A stretch of 52,646 bases of DNA, filler included, from Malassezia furfur (GCA_052055015.1; 2 parts of 2 records of this genome joined end to end with filler, not necessarily neighbours in it); one strand, 5' to 3'. Counted from the first letter of the whole stretch, positions 21,073 through 32,815 are shown. Program-made: numbers and translations. The notes: a model not told the origin generated them from the sequence alone.

Positions 21073-22230
21073 CTATAGGACATCCTTGAGCGACTTTTCC
21101 GCACTGCCGCGCGCGAGCGGCTTGCGCTGCGTCGGCGACGGCTTCCATCCAATCATAAAGATGGGCGCAAACGTCGCAGGGAGGTAGCCTTCGGGCGTGC
21201 CGTGGAGTGCTGCGTGAGCAAAGCGACGCACCTCGGTAGGTGGCGGCCGTGGCGAGCAGCGTGTCGCGGCGCAAGAAGGTCTGGCGGTTGATCACCGCGT
21301 TGCTCTCGCCCATATCCTGCAGGTCGTGGAGCAGCTCAAGCAGGCCGGGGTACTGCACAGTGACCTCGTCAATGTCGACGGTCTGCAGCGTAAAACCAGC
21401 GCGGGTGAGCAGCGCCGACACATCGCGCGTCTCGGTCATGGGCGAGACGTGCACGGACAACCCGCCGTGCCGTTCCTGCTCGGCGAGCATCATGCTTGTG
21501 CGCAGCTCAAACAGCGTGTCGCCACCGAGCATGTAGCCCAAGAACACACCGTCGGGCTTGAGCGCCCGCTGAATCTGCACGAGTGCACCCGGCAGATCGT
21601 TGGTCCAGTGCAGGCTGCCGCTCGCGATGATGCAGTCGAGTGAGTTTTCCTCGAAGGGCAGCATCTCCTCATCAATGACGCGCCGCTCAATCTCGTAAGG
21701 GTACTTGGCATCGTCGGCCTTGTCACGGTTCAGAAGCGCCGCTGCGTCAGTTTCGTTGCTACGCACCGCTCGTGTCGCACATGATCAGCTTCTGCACCCC
21801 CGTGCCCTCGGCATCGAGAAACTTGCGCAGGTGTCCCGCGCCCGCACCTAGCTCGACAATGGTGGGGTAGTGTCGCTTAATGTCCTGCGTCAGTGGAAGC
21901 ACGCACCAGAAGCCGCTCCGCTAGGCTCTCCGCACCCATGTCACGGACATAGTCGGTCTGGCGCGACGGCTCACCGCGCCTCGACTCGTCGCGCTGGCCA
22001 TGCTCGTCGATGGGCGCACGCAGCGCCGCACGCGTGCGCTGCCGCTCCTTCGCGTCGCGGTCAAAAATGGTATACGCCGGACTGGGTGGCGAATTGGTCG
22101 GCGTCGCCCACCGCGCCACGGCCGACATGTGCATCCCATTCGCTGCCACCGCCCTGGGCGTAGCTGCACGCAGCATCTCGCGCGCGTGTGCGTGCACACG
22201 CATCCCACGCACCAGCCCAAGTCGCAACAT
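21073..22230 (-). CDS. NDUFAF5: Complex I assembly factor 5 (SAM-dependent methyltransferase fold); three introns
   Basis: [52 protein letters not shown] and [12 protein letters not shown]. Introns 21885-21906 (22), 21742-21766 (25) and 21210-21231 (22). Confidence 0.92.
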
Positions 22231-22256
22231 GGTAGGAACGAGTTCGCTGACTAATG

Positions 22257-22924
22257 CTACAGGTGCTTGCGCGCGGCCGCTCGGAGGCGCGCGTCGAATG
22301 CGGGGGAACGGATGGGGTCGTTGAGGTCCTGGAACGGGTTCATGGTGATCTAGGTGAGCCGAGTGCGTACGCGAACCTACCTTGACCCACAGCTCCCACA
22401 CATCCATCAAAAAATTCCGAATGCCGTCCTCGTGCTTGTGCTCGTGCAGGATGATGAATTTCGCGTCTGGGTCAGTCTCCGTGCCGTCGCAAGCCACGTA
22501 CTGCCAGGTACGAGAAATGCCGATACCGACCAGTCGTTGATACGGTCGAGGTTTTTTAGGTAACTGGGTCAGCACGACGCGGTACGCACATCGAACTGTC
22601 CACAAATTGCTTGTCTTCCAGCACGTCGAGCGATCCGTGCGCAATCATCTGCAGGACATGGTGGTCGTTGGTCAGCGCTGATGCCGCGGCCCGGCTGTCT
22701 TCAACAGGCGGGGTCGAGGGCGCGCCCGCGGCATTCGGCGCGGGCTGCTTGACGAGCGGAGTAGTCCATGCGCCAAACGCCGAGCTGAATCCAAAGATGC
22801 CGCTATTCCGTGTCTGCTCGGTACTGCTCGGTGTCTGCGCGGTAGGCGTCGTCGCTGTGATGCTCAGGTCTGCTTCATAGAGCAAGTTGTCCCGCGTGCC
22901 GACGATGCAGAAGTAGTACGGCAT
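22257..22924 (-). CDS. TRS20: TRAPP subunit Trs20/sedlin; three introns
   Basis: MPYYFCIVGTRDNLLYEA, IAHGSLDVLED, YLKNLDRINDWSVSAFL, KFIILH, EDGIRNFL and MNPF. Introns 22564-22589 (26), 22467-22501 (35) and 22350-22380 (31). Confidence 0.92.
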
Positions 22925-22971
22925 GGCTACCCAAGGGAGGGAGGGGACGGTGGAGGTAGGTGGAGGCCACC

Positions 22972-24183
22972 ATGCCTGCGCCCGGCGAGCTGTCGGAGCT
23001 GCGTGCGCTCGAGCAGCTCGAGGCGCAGCTGGGCGCACTGCACGATGCGGGTGACACACAGAAGTGCATGCAGAGCGAGGTGCTGAATGCCTTGGACTCG
23101 GAGCAGAAACTCGTCGAGGACGCGCTGCAGCAACTCGCGATGATCGAGCGCCAGGCGGCGGCCGATCGCGAGCTGACGCTAGCCCCCACCGAGACGACGG
23201 TGCGCTACACGCTGCCTCTGCTCAAGAAAAAGAGCCCGCTGTTGCAAGCACATGCCGATGAACGCCGTCGGACGCGCGCGCTGCTTTCAGCGCCGCAATG
23301 GAGTGCGCAAGACGTCGAATGTCTGCGCATTGCGATGGAGAACGAGCGGCTACGTTCCGCGGCGCTGCATACCGATCCTGGCACCGTGGACTGGGCACGT
23401 GTCTCGATGCAGGTCCCTTTCCATACCCCCGAAGACTGCCGCACGCGCTGGTACTTTTATGAGCGCGCTTCCGTCAATTTGACGCGCTGGAGCACGGGCG
23501 AGAAGCGTGCGTTGGCATCGGCCATCGACCAGGCAAATCCATCATGGGAAGATGCTGCAGACTCGCTCAAGACGGGGCGCACTGGCTATGCGGCGCTCGA
23601 GGCGTATCAGCGGGGTATCAAGCCGGCGATTGACTGGACACCCGAGCGCGACGCGGCGCTGCTGGCCGCCGTGCAAAGCCTGGGCCCCGACTGGAAAGCG
23701 GTGGTGCAGCATCTTGGATACCCTGCCTTTTGTGCATCGCTGTGCCATCAGCGGCACAGCAAGCTGAAGAGCACCGCGCTTCGTCTCGGTCGGTGGAGTG
23801 CCGAAGAGGATGCGGCCCTGCGTGCGGCGGTCGCCGAGTACGGATGCGACTGGAAACGCGTCGAGATCTATGTGCCAGGGCGCAGTGGGCAGCAGTGCCG
23901 CGAGCGGTGGGTGGGCCGTTTGGCCAACATTCCCGAGGGCGAGACGCAGGCAACCCGACGAGCATGGCTCCCCGAGGAGGACGCGCGGCTGCGCGAATGT
24001 GTACAAAAGTATAAGACGTGGGTGCAAGTCGCCGAGCATGTGGGCGGACGCTCCGACAAGATGGTGCGCGAGCGATGGCTGCTGCTCCGCCGGCGGGACG
24101 AGGAGGATGCGATGCGGCAGCGAGGCGAGCCGGTTCCCGCGCGCCGCGGGCGGCGGCAGTCCGATACAGGCCAAAAGACATAG
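22972..24183 (+). CDS. Multi-repeat Myb/SANT protein, SNAPC4-like architecture
   Basis: About five W-spaced Myb repeats (WSAQD..L, WSTGEK..L, WTPERD..L, WSAEED..L...GRSGQQCRERW, WLPEED..L...GRSDKMVRERW). ATG at 22972. Confidence 0.8.
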   Translation: MPAPGELSELRALEQLEAQLGALHDAGDTQKCMQSEVLNALDSEQKLVEDALQQLAMIERQAAADRELTLAPTETTVRYTLPLLKKKSPLLQAHADERRRTRALLSAPQWSAQDVECLRIAMENERLRSAALHTDPGTVDWARVSMQVPFHTPEDCRTRWYFYERASVNLTRWSTGEKRALASAIDQANPSWEDAADSLKTGRTGYAALEAYQRGIKPAIDWTPERDAALLAAVQSLGPDWKAVVQHLGYPAFCASLCHQRHSKLKSTALRLGRWSAEEDAALRAAVAEYGCDWKRVEIYVPGRSGQQCRERWVGRLANIPEGETQATRRAWLPEEDARLRECVQKYKTWVQVAEHVGGRSDKMVRERWLLLRRRDEEDAMRQRGEPVPARRGRRQSDTGQKT

Positions 24184-24345
24184 CGTAGAAAGGCGCGAGC
24201 GTGCACCTGGGTCCATGCATTACCTCCCAGCTCCACTTCAAAAAAGGCCGATTTTTAGGTGTGGTGGAGGACGAGGGTCCTGGACCGTCCGGGGCGTCTG
24301 TCTCGACGGTCGCGGACCGACTTGTGCGACTACGGATGAATCTGT

Positions 24346-25874
24346 TTAGCTCGCTTCGATGACAATCCCCGCCGCAACGGTCTCGCCGTGCATGCGGAAC
24401 AGCAAGCGCGCCATCTCCTTGTTCTTGCTGAATGTCTCGATGGGGTACCCCCGTCCGTCGCCAAGCTTGATGCGTGCGGTCGCCGAGCTCTGCTGCGGCA
24501 GCACGCGTGGCTTCTTCTTGATGATGTCACCCGAGCCCTTGTCGAGGAGTGCAATGAGCTCCACCAACTGCCCCGGGATATCGGCGCTGTGGTGGTACAC
24601 CTCGAGCGCTGTGCCCTGGACGAGGGGGTAGGTCGGCTGGAAGACGAGCAGCTGCACCACGACCTCGCTCACGAGCGGCACGAGCGCGTCCGGCGGACAC
24701 ACGACGCTGCCGACGCTCACGTGGTTCTGCTCGAGGTGCGCAAAGTAGAGCGTGGCGTTGGTGCCCGCCGCGGCCCACGGCACCAGCTCATTGTCGCACT
24801 CGATCGCACGCACCAGCCCCGTCTCGTCGCCCGGCAGCGGGCGGAGCACCTCGCCGACCTGCACGAGGCCAGACACGATGCGCCCTGCGACACCGAGGCC
24901 CGAGGACGCCGCCGACATGCTGCGGAACACGTTCGAGACGGGCATGCGGAGCGGAGCGTCGATGAGCCGGGCCGGCATGCGGAGAGCATCGAGCGCCTCG
25001 GCGAGCGTGCGCCCCGCGTACCATGGCGCGAGCGAGGCGTCGCGCTGTGCGACGTTCCACCCGACCGATGCCGCGCATGGTACGAACTGCACGCAGTGGT
25101 CCATATCGAAGCCGCACTGCGCGAGGAAGGGCGTCAGGGTGGTGCGGATCTCGTGGTAGCGTGCCTCGTCGTAGGAGGTCGCGTCGAGCTTGTTGATCGC
25201 CACGACAAGCTGCTGCACGCCCAGGCTGCGCAGGAGCGTCGCATGCTCGCGCGTCTGCCCGCGCGGCAGGAAGCCGGCCTCGAACGCGCCGAGGATCGCA
25301 TCCACGACGAGGATCGCCGCGTCGGCCTGCGCCGCGCCGCTGATCATGTTCGGCACAAAGTCGCTGTGCCCCGGCGCGTCGAGCAGGTGGAAGAGGGTGG
25401 TGGGCGTCCGGAAGCTGTCCTGTGCGACGTCGATCGTGACGCCGCGCGCGCGCTCCTCTTCGGACGAGTCGAGCGCCCACGCATACGCGAAGCTGCTCTT
25501 GCCCATCTTGGCGCTGCCGCGCACGTTCTTTTCGTGCTCACGGTCACCCAGCTGGCCAAACTCGTGCAGCATGCGCCCCATCAGCGTCGACTTGCCCGAG
25601 TCGACGTGCCCGACCACCACCAGTCCGATCTCGCGCTGCCCACGCTGATCGCGCTGGTGCGCCTCGGCGCGCGCCTGCTCGCGGGGCATGCTGAGTTTGG
25701 GCGACGGGGAGTGGGCGCGCGGGCTGCCGGCATGGCTGCCCGACTGGCTGCCCGTGCCGCTGGATGCGTTGGAGCTGCCCAGGTCCATCTTTTGCAGCGA
25801 GCCACGCAGCTGCTGCACGGGTCCGGCGGCCGGGCGGCGCGCGGCGGCCTGCGCCTGCTTGTTGCGTTCCTTCT
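24346..25874 (-). CDS. HBS1: Hbs1 translational GTPase, last exon (5' exons lost in the gap)
   Basis: GHVDSGKSTLMG, EERARGVTID, DAPGHSDFVPNMISGA, GQTREH and NKLD. 3' splice site GCTGAC-CCTC-CAG ending at 25875. Confidence 0.92.
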
Positions 25875-25978
25875 CTGGAGGGTCAGCACACGCCCAAAAC
25901 AGCGGCGACAAGGGAGCACGGCGTGGGTACGACGGCCAGGACTATGAGCAGCCGCGGCGCGCGGCGGCCTACGGCGCA

Positions 25979-26302
25979 TCACTGCGCGAGCCGCGTGCCG
26001 CGCCGCGCCTGCAGCACGACGTCGTCCGGACTGAGGCTCGCAAACGCGGCACGCAGCCGCTGCATCTCGTCGTCCGACACGGGCTTGGCGCCCATCGTGT
26101 GCGGGTGCATCTCCACGGGGCGCTCAAGGAGCTGCACGAACGGCGACGCCGAAGCGCGCGGGCGGCCCGCGTCGAGCAAGGCAGACGCGCGCGGAGGAAA
26201 CAGCGTTGCGAGCGGCTCGCCGGACGGCGCCGTCGTGGGCGCAGAAGGCGCTGCAGGCGGCTGCGGCGACGCCGTCCGCGACGCGGCCGGCGTGCGCAGC
26301 GG
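25979..26302 (-). CDS. SKI7: Ski7-type (HBS1L-V3-like) alternative terminal exon of the HBS1/SKI7 locus, partial
   Basis: Open frame from the gap to a TGA at 25979-25981 encoding RASASPFVQLL and FASLSPDDVVLQAR, matching the Ski7 exosome-binding motifs. Confidence 0.7.
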   Translation of the reverse strand, partial: PLRTPAASRTASPQPPAAPSAPTTAPSGEPLATLFPPRASALLDAGRPRASASPFVQLLERPVEMHPHTMGAKPVSDDEMQRLRAAFASLSPDDVVLQARRGTRLAQ

Positions 26303-26402
26303 NNNNNNNNNNNNNNNNNNNNNNNNNNNNNNNNNNNNNNNNNNNNTTAATTAATTAANNNNNNNNNNNNNNNNNNNNNNNNNNNNNNNNNNNNNNNNNN
26401 NN
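26303..26402. other. Artificial scaffold spacer / assembly gap
   Basis: 44 N + TTAATTAATTAA (26347-26358; stops in all six frames) + 44 N = 100 bp. Confidence 0.97.
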
Positions 26403-29400
26403 GGGCTTTCAGCAGGGCGCGTCGCATCGCCGCCACGCATGCTCAGCGGCGTCATGGAAACCGGCGCAGGCACCGCACCCGTCTCGCCGATCTGGCCAGG
26501 TACAGGCGCCGCAGTCGGCATACCCGTCGGCACACCCGTCTGCGCACCCACCATGCCCGCTGCAGTCGTCGCAGCGGTCAGACCCGTCGCATGCGCCACA
26601 ACCGGTGGCACGGCAGACGTCGCCGAGGAAACGTCCTTCGGCACCTTGGGCATCTTGGGCACGAGCGGGTGCTTGGGCATAGAGAGTTCCTTGAGCGACG
26701 GTGCCTTGGGCACGGGGATCTCGGGCAGCTCAGCATCGATGCCGTGCGACGGCTTTGCGGCGCCCGCCATCGTCGCGTCACGCATCGAGACACCCGACAG
26801 GGCGTGCAGCGCCGAACCGCGGCTCGGGTCCTTCTGCGGCACCTCGGGGCGCGGCACGTTCGAACCCGCGGCGTCGCCCTCGCGCAGGTTGGACGACGAC
26901 GAGCCACGCTTGCTGTGGCGCGACAGGAACGGCATGTTGGAGAAGAAGCCAGAGTTGCGCGTGCCATCGAAGCTGAAGCGCTTGCTCTTGCGCCGCGAGC
27001 TGCGACGACTCGTGCTCTCGCTCGGGGCCGCAGACGCCGAGTCCTCCGAGAGGCTCGGGCGCGTCGACGGGTCCGCATCCGTTGCGTCCGTCTTGTCCAT
27101 TGCCGTTGGCAGCGCAGTCGCCGACGGCTGTGACTCGGCAGGCGACGATGCCGCACTCTTGTCCGCCGTGGGCGGCGCAACAAGCAGCGTCTCCGGACGC
27201 ACCTGCGACTCGGACGAGGGCGCCACCGGCTCGGGCACAGGCACCGGCTCGGGCTTGGGCGGCACCGCAGTCGTCTTGGGCTGCACATCAGCGACTGGGA
27301 CAGCCGGCGAGGCCGCCGAGACAGGCGCCGTCACAGCAGCCGTTGTCGTGCTGCTCGACGGGGCGGCCTTCGCCGCCGCCGTCGCGTGCAGACCCGGCAG
27401 GTAGTTGGGCAGGTACGGCGGCTCGAGGGACGCGCCCTTGACTGCCGGCGCAGCAGCGGCAGGGGAGTCAGCCATCGCCGACGTCGGCGCAGCCGTCGTG
27501 GCCGTCGTGGCCGTCGTCGTCGGCACGCTCATCTTGTCGGTCGTGGCCGTCGGCACGGCGGGCGCCGTGCGCGTCGGCACAACCACATCAGAGACGGGCT
27601 CCGTCGTGCGTGCAGACGGCACAGAGTCCTCGCTGGTAATACGATCGGCGCGCGGGCCAAGCGTCGCGTGCTTCAGGTAGGCCATCCCCGATGCGATGCC
27701 AGCGGCCGCGCCGCCAATCCCAGCACCCACCGCCTCGGTCGCCTCGGTCAGGATCGACGGCGACTTCTCCTTGTCGGCCGGCGATGCAGCGAGGTCGTGC
27801 GTACCCGTCTCGGTTAGGTCCTTGGACGGCGCCATGGGCGAGGCGTTCTTCGACGGCGACTCGTACGCGGTCTCGTTGAACGACGTCTCAGCGTCGGCAT
27901 GCTTCGACGGCGTACGCGTGCCGACCTTAGACAGCATATGCTCCGGCGGCGACTGCAGAGGGGTCGTCGTCTTGGTCGACGGCGCCGGCGCCGTGGGCGT
28001 GATGGGCATCGTCGCAGACGCCGCGTCGGGCGCCACGTCCGACGTCGCCGCAGGCGTCAGAGCAGGAACAGAGGGCTTGGTGCTCTCGGTCGAAGAGCCC
28101 AGCGAGAAGTTCTTGACGGGCACCGCTGCGGGCGTAGCATCCACCGCGGTCGTGGGCGCCTCGACAACGTCCGTACGCAACTCAGTGTCGTGCGCAGGCG
28201 TCGTGCGCAGCTGTGCGCCGGCCACCGCCGTGCGGAAGTCCTTCGTCTTGACCTGCGGCGAGGCCGCAGCAGCTTCCGCACGTGCCTCCTCGGCCTCGGC
28301 CTCGGCCTCGAGACGCGCCTCGGACTCGGCCGCCTCTGCGGGGACGTCGGCGGGGAGGGTCAGCGGCTCGCGCGGCTCCGGCGTCTCGGCCACAGCGTCC
28401 TGGTTGGTCGCGGCGGGGAGGTCGAGCGACTCGGGCGCGGTGGGGAGCGGCGTCTTGTCCGTCACCACATCGGCCACATCGGCCGTGCTCTGGGGGATCT
28501 CGGGCGGAGCATTGACCGCGCCCACATCCGGCGCCGGCGCCTTGCCCTTGTCCAGCGAAGACACCTGCGGCACCGAAGTGTCCGACACCTCCGTCTCCGT
28601 CGCGGTCGGCTTCGACTTCGACAGGGGAAAGCCAGCAAGCGGGCGCGACGTGGGGAACGCCTGTTCGCCCGACATGTCCGCGGCGCCCTCGGCTGCGTCC
28701 ACCGTGTCATCCGTCGTCACCACTGTCGTCGTATCCACCACCACGATCTCCGTTGCATCCGTCGTTGCATCCGTCGTCGCGTCCATCGTCGCGTCCGTCG
28801 CCACGGCGGTGGGCGCCTCAGGCTCTTTGGCACTCTCTTCCGCGGCCTTGGCATGCTGGCCACTTGCGTGGCGACTGCCCGGGTACAGCATCGAGAAGCC
28901 GGCGCTCGCGAGCGCACCCAGACCGCCAAACAGGCCCGCCTTGGCTGCCTCGTCGTGATGCACCGGGGCATCGGTCGGCTGCGGCGTCACGGTGCCCGAG
29001 CGGTCGGCGCGCGCCTCGGTGGGTGCAGCCGTGGCTGTGCGGGTGCTTGCATCGGCAAGCGACGAATCGTGCACCACGGATCCCGCCGGGGTGTCGAGGT
29101 ACTCCTCGGCGTCGTGCATCGGTAGCGTCACGGCCATCGACTCCACTGTGCCGCCATAGCTCGACACCGACGAGCGCGCGTCCTGCTCCTCGTCCTCGGA
29201 CTCATCGTCCTCGTCCTCGGCAAGCACAGAAGCATACTGCGACCGCGGCGCCGGCGAGGCGGCAGTAGCCACCTCGGTCGTGCGCTCCGTCGGCGTTGCG
29301 TTCGTCGACGCCGCCACGGTCGGCTTCACAGGCGTCGCGGTGGGCGACACACGCTTCTCCACGATCGTCGAGGCGACCGAGCGGTCGCCCTCAGGCTCGG

Positions 29401-30802
29401 CGCGGCTACCCGCCTGCAGGTACGCAGGGAGACCGGTCACACGTACCGGCGACGAGGGCGATGCCTCCGCCGCCTCCGCCTCTGCCTCCGCCTCCGCCTC
29501 CGCACCCACATTCGTGGAGACCGCACCCTTGGCCATCGACGACACGGACGTGCCCCTGAGGTAGGCCAAACCCTCGGAGTGCGAGGCGGTGCTCAGCGGC
29601 GGCGGCGGCGCCGTCGTGGACGTCGTCGCAGGCATCGGCGCATCGCTTGTTCCACGGGTGGTCGTCGAGTCAGGCGCGACATCCGATGCGGGCTCTGACG
29701 AGGCGACAGGCGTCTTGGTGCTGTGGAAAGGCAGAGCACCGACGATCGAAGGCGCCGCACCCGTCTGCACGGCCGTCGGTGCTGCACCCGTCTGCACAGT
29801 CGTCGGTGCTGTCGGCGTCTTGGTCGTCGACGCAGCCGGCGAAGTAACCGACTTGGTGCTCGCGGCGGCCGCCCTCTTGCCCGGTGGTTCAACCAGGATC
29901 GGCACAGGCGGCGAAGTCGGTCGGGACGATTTGGGCACCGTCGAGGTGGTGCCCTGGGCCGCCGAAACGGGCGCCGCCAACTTGGGCGCCGTCGAGGTGG
30001 TGGTGCCCTGGGCCATCGAGGCGTTGGTGCCCTGGACCGGCTTGGGAGCAGGCTGCACCACCTGCGTCGGACTGCCGGCCTGCTTAGCATCAAGACCCAT
30101 AGGGCTCGGCATCAGGGCCGAGTTCTGCTCCTTCTCTGCCGTAGGGCTTTCTCCCTTTTCCCGCATAAATGCAGGCAGCTTGGGGACAGGCGGCACAGGC
30201 TCGCCCTTGGGAGCTCCACGGCCCTTGGCGCTCGTGGGCGTCGTGGCCTGCGACGACGCGCCCTTCTTGGGTGTGTTGAGCAGATCCACGGAACTCGTCG
30301 ACGCATTGCCAGCGAGGTTCTTGGAAGAGCGGTTCCAACGGAACGCGCTAAAAGGACCGCCGCCGCTCGACTTGGAGCCAGCGTTCTGTTTGCTGCTCAG
30401 AGACGACGAGCTTGGCATGCGCAGGCGACGACGAAGATCGAGCGAGTGCGAACGCGCGTGCCCATTCGCGGCCGTACTCACAGAAGCCGTATCCTCCGCC
30501 TTGCCTTGGATCGGTGCGCCGTCCTTCCCCACGAGCGCGCTTGTACTGTTGTTTTTCAGAGCCGGAAAGCCCGGGCGCTGCAAATCAGACGTGTCCGGTG
30601 CTGCGCCCTTCAGCTTACTCAGATCGCCATTTGCAGCGGTTCCTGCGGCCGCCGGCTTGGCCGTGTTGGCATTCGAGGAAAGCGTGGACGCCGCGTCCTG
30701 GGCGCCCCCTTGGGGATTCTTGGCCAAATCCTCGGTCTTGCTCGCGACCGACTGGCCCGCCTTCTTGTTCTTGGCCCGCTTCAGGTCAGAGAACAGGGGC
30801 AT
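26403..30802 (-). CDS. Large low-complexity Ala/Thr/Pro/Ser-rich, probably disordered protein; 3' end in the gap
   Basis: More than 1460 open codons from the ATG at 30802 (MPLFSDLKRAK) with coding-like codon bias. No recognisable domain. Confidence 0.75.
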
Positions 30803-31089
30803 GTTGTCCCGGTTCGTCTCTCGCCTAGGAAAGCCGTGAGGAGGAGGATCGCAATCACTCCAGACGCGTGCTCGCGGCAGATGAGTGGATCGGCCGGTTT
30901 GCCTGACCCCGACTAAGCCCAGGGAAATTCCACGCGTCAACCCGACCCCGTTGGCCCCTATTTTTCGTTCGGCCCCCGCCAAAACGCGTGTTTATGCAGG
31001 TGGCATGCCGGCCTGGATGCACGTGTTCGCCACGTGGGTAGGAAGGCGACGCGGCGTGGCGGCCGTCGTAGGGACGCGCAACGACCAGG

Positions 31090-32815
31090 ATGGCGGGACA
31101 GCAGCCCGTATTTGTGGTGAACTCGGGCCCTGAGCGCCAGCATGGACGCAAGGCCCAAATTTCTAATATCACGGCAGCCAAGACGGTGTCTGATGTGATC
31201 CGTACGTGTCTTGGCCCCAAGGCCATGCTCAAGATGATCCTCGACCCGGTCGGTGGCATTCTTCTTACCAACGATGGCCACGCCATTTTGCGTGAGATCG
31301 AGGTCGCGCATCCAGCGGCCAAGAGCATGATTGAGCTGAGCCGTACTCAGGATGAGGAGGTCGGTGACGGGACTACGAGCGTCATCATTCTGGCCGGCGA
31401 GGTGCTGGCGCATTCGCTGCCGCTGCTGGAGCGCGGCATGCACCCCGTGGTGATCATCGCCGCCTACAAAAAGGCGCTCGCGCGCGCCCTCGAGATTGTC
31501 GAGTCTATCTCGGTGCCTGTCAAGGTCGAGAGCGACGAGGAGATGCTCGCGCTCATTAAGACATCGATCGGCACCAAGTTTGTCCAGCGCTGGTCTGACC
31601 TGATGTGCCACCTCGCGCTCAAGGCGGTGCGCACGGTTGCCAGCGTCGATACGACGGTGCCGCACGCCGGCGAGGCGCCGAACGTGGTCGTCGACCTGAA
31701 ACGCTACGCGCGTGTCGAAAAGGTGCCTGGCGGCGAGATCGAAGAGAGTCGGGTGCTCGATGGTGTGATGCTCAACAAGGACGTGACGCACCCCAAGATG
31801 CGGCGCAGGATCGAAAATCCGCGCATCATTCTGCTGGACTGCCCGCTTGAGTACAAAAAGGGCGAGTCGCAGACCAACATTGAGATCACCCGCGAGGAAG
31901 ACTGGAGCCGCATCCTCGAGATCGAGGAGGAGCAGATCAAGCAGCTGTGCGACCGCATCCTTGAGCACAAGCCCGACTTGGTGTTCACCGAAAAGGGCGT
32001 GTCGGATCTTGCGCAGCACTACTTGATGAAGGCCAACGTGACGTGCATCCGCCGCGTGCGCAAGTCGGACAACAACCGCATCGCACGTGCGACCGGCGCC
32101 CAGGTGGTGAACCGCGTGGAGGATCTGCGGGACAGCGACGTGGGCACGAAATGTGGCCTGTTCCACATTGAGAAGATGGGCGATGAGTATGTATGCGAGG
32201 CGAACGACAAACTAACACGGCAGATACTTCACCTTCCTCGAGGAGTGCAAGGACCCCAAGGCGTGCACCATCCTCTTGCGGGGTCCTTCGAAGGACATCC
32301 TGAACGAGATCGACCGCAACCTTGCGGACGCCATGTCTGTCGCACGCAACATTATCTTCAACCCGCTGCTGGCACCCGGCGGCGGTGCCACCGAGATGGC
32401 CATCTCGGTGGGCCTCGCACAGTACGGGCAGTCGCTCGAGGGTCTTGACATTGGCGCGGTCGATGCCGTGGCCAGTGCCATGGAGGCCATCCCGCGGACC
32501 CTGATCCAAAACTGCGGTGGAAACGCCATCAAGACGCTCACGCAGCTGCGCGCGCGGCATGCCAACGGCGAGCACTCGTACGGTGTGGACGGCAACACGG
32601 GAAAGGTGGTCGAGATGAAGCAGTATGGCCTGTACGAGAGCGCGAGCGTCAAGATCCAGACGCTCAAGACGGCCATCGAGTCGGCGAGCTTGTTGCTCCG
32701 TGTCGACGACGTGGTCTCGGCAAAGCGCTCGCAGCAAGGCGGCATGGGCGCTGCGCCCCAGGCACAAAATATGGCCATGGCCGGTGAAGAGGCGATGGGC
32801 ATGCCCATGGCGTAA
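31090..32815 (+). CDS. CCT3: Chaperonin CCT/TRiC gamma subunit; one intron
   Basis: GRKAQISNITAAKTVSDVIRTCLGPKAMLKM, GDGTTSV and YARVEKVPGG. Intron 32187-32223 (37 nt) gives GDE/YFTF. Confidence 0.96.

Noticed and set aside
19838..21766. 642-aa ORF suggesting NDUFAF5 fused to a long tail
   Set aside because: Read-through of the unspliced 22-nt intron 21210-21231; splicing restores the normal C-terminus and a stop at 21073.
26347..26358. TTAATTAATTAA palindrome as a biological site
   Set aside because: Centred in a symmetric N run, so it is a scaffolding spacer.
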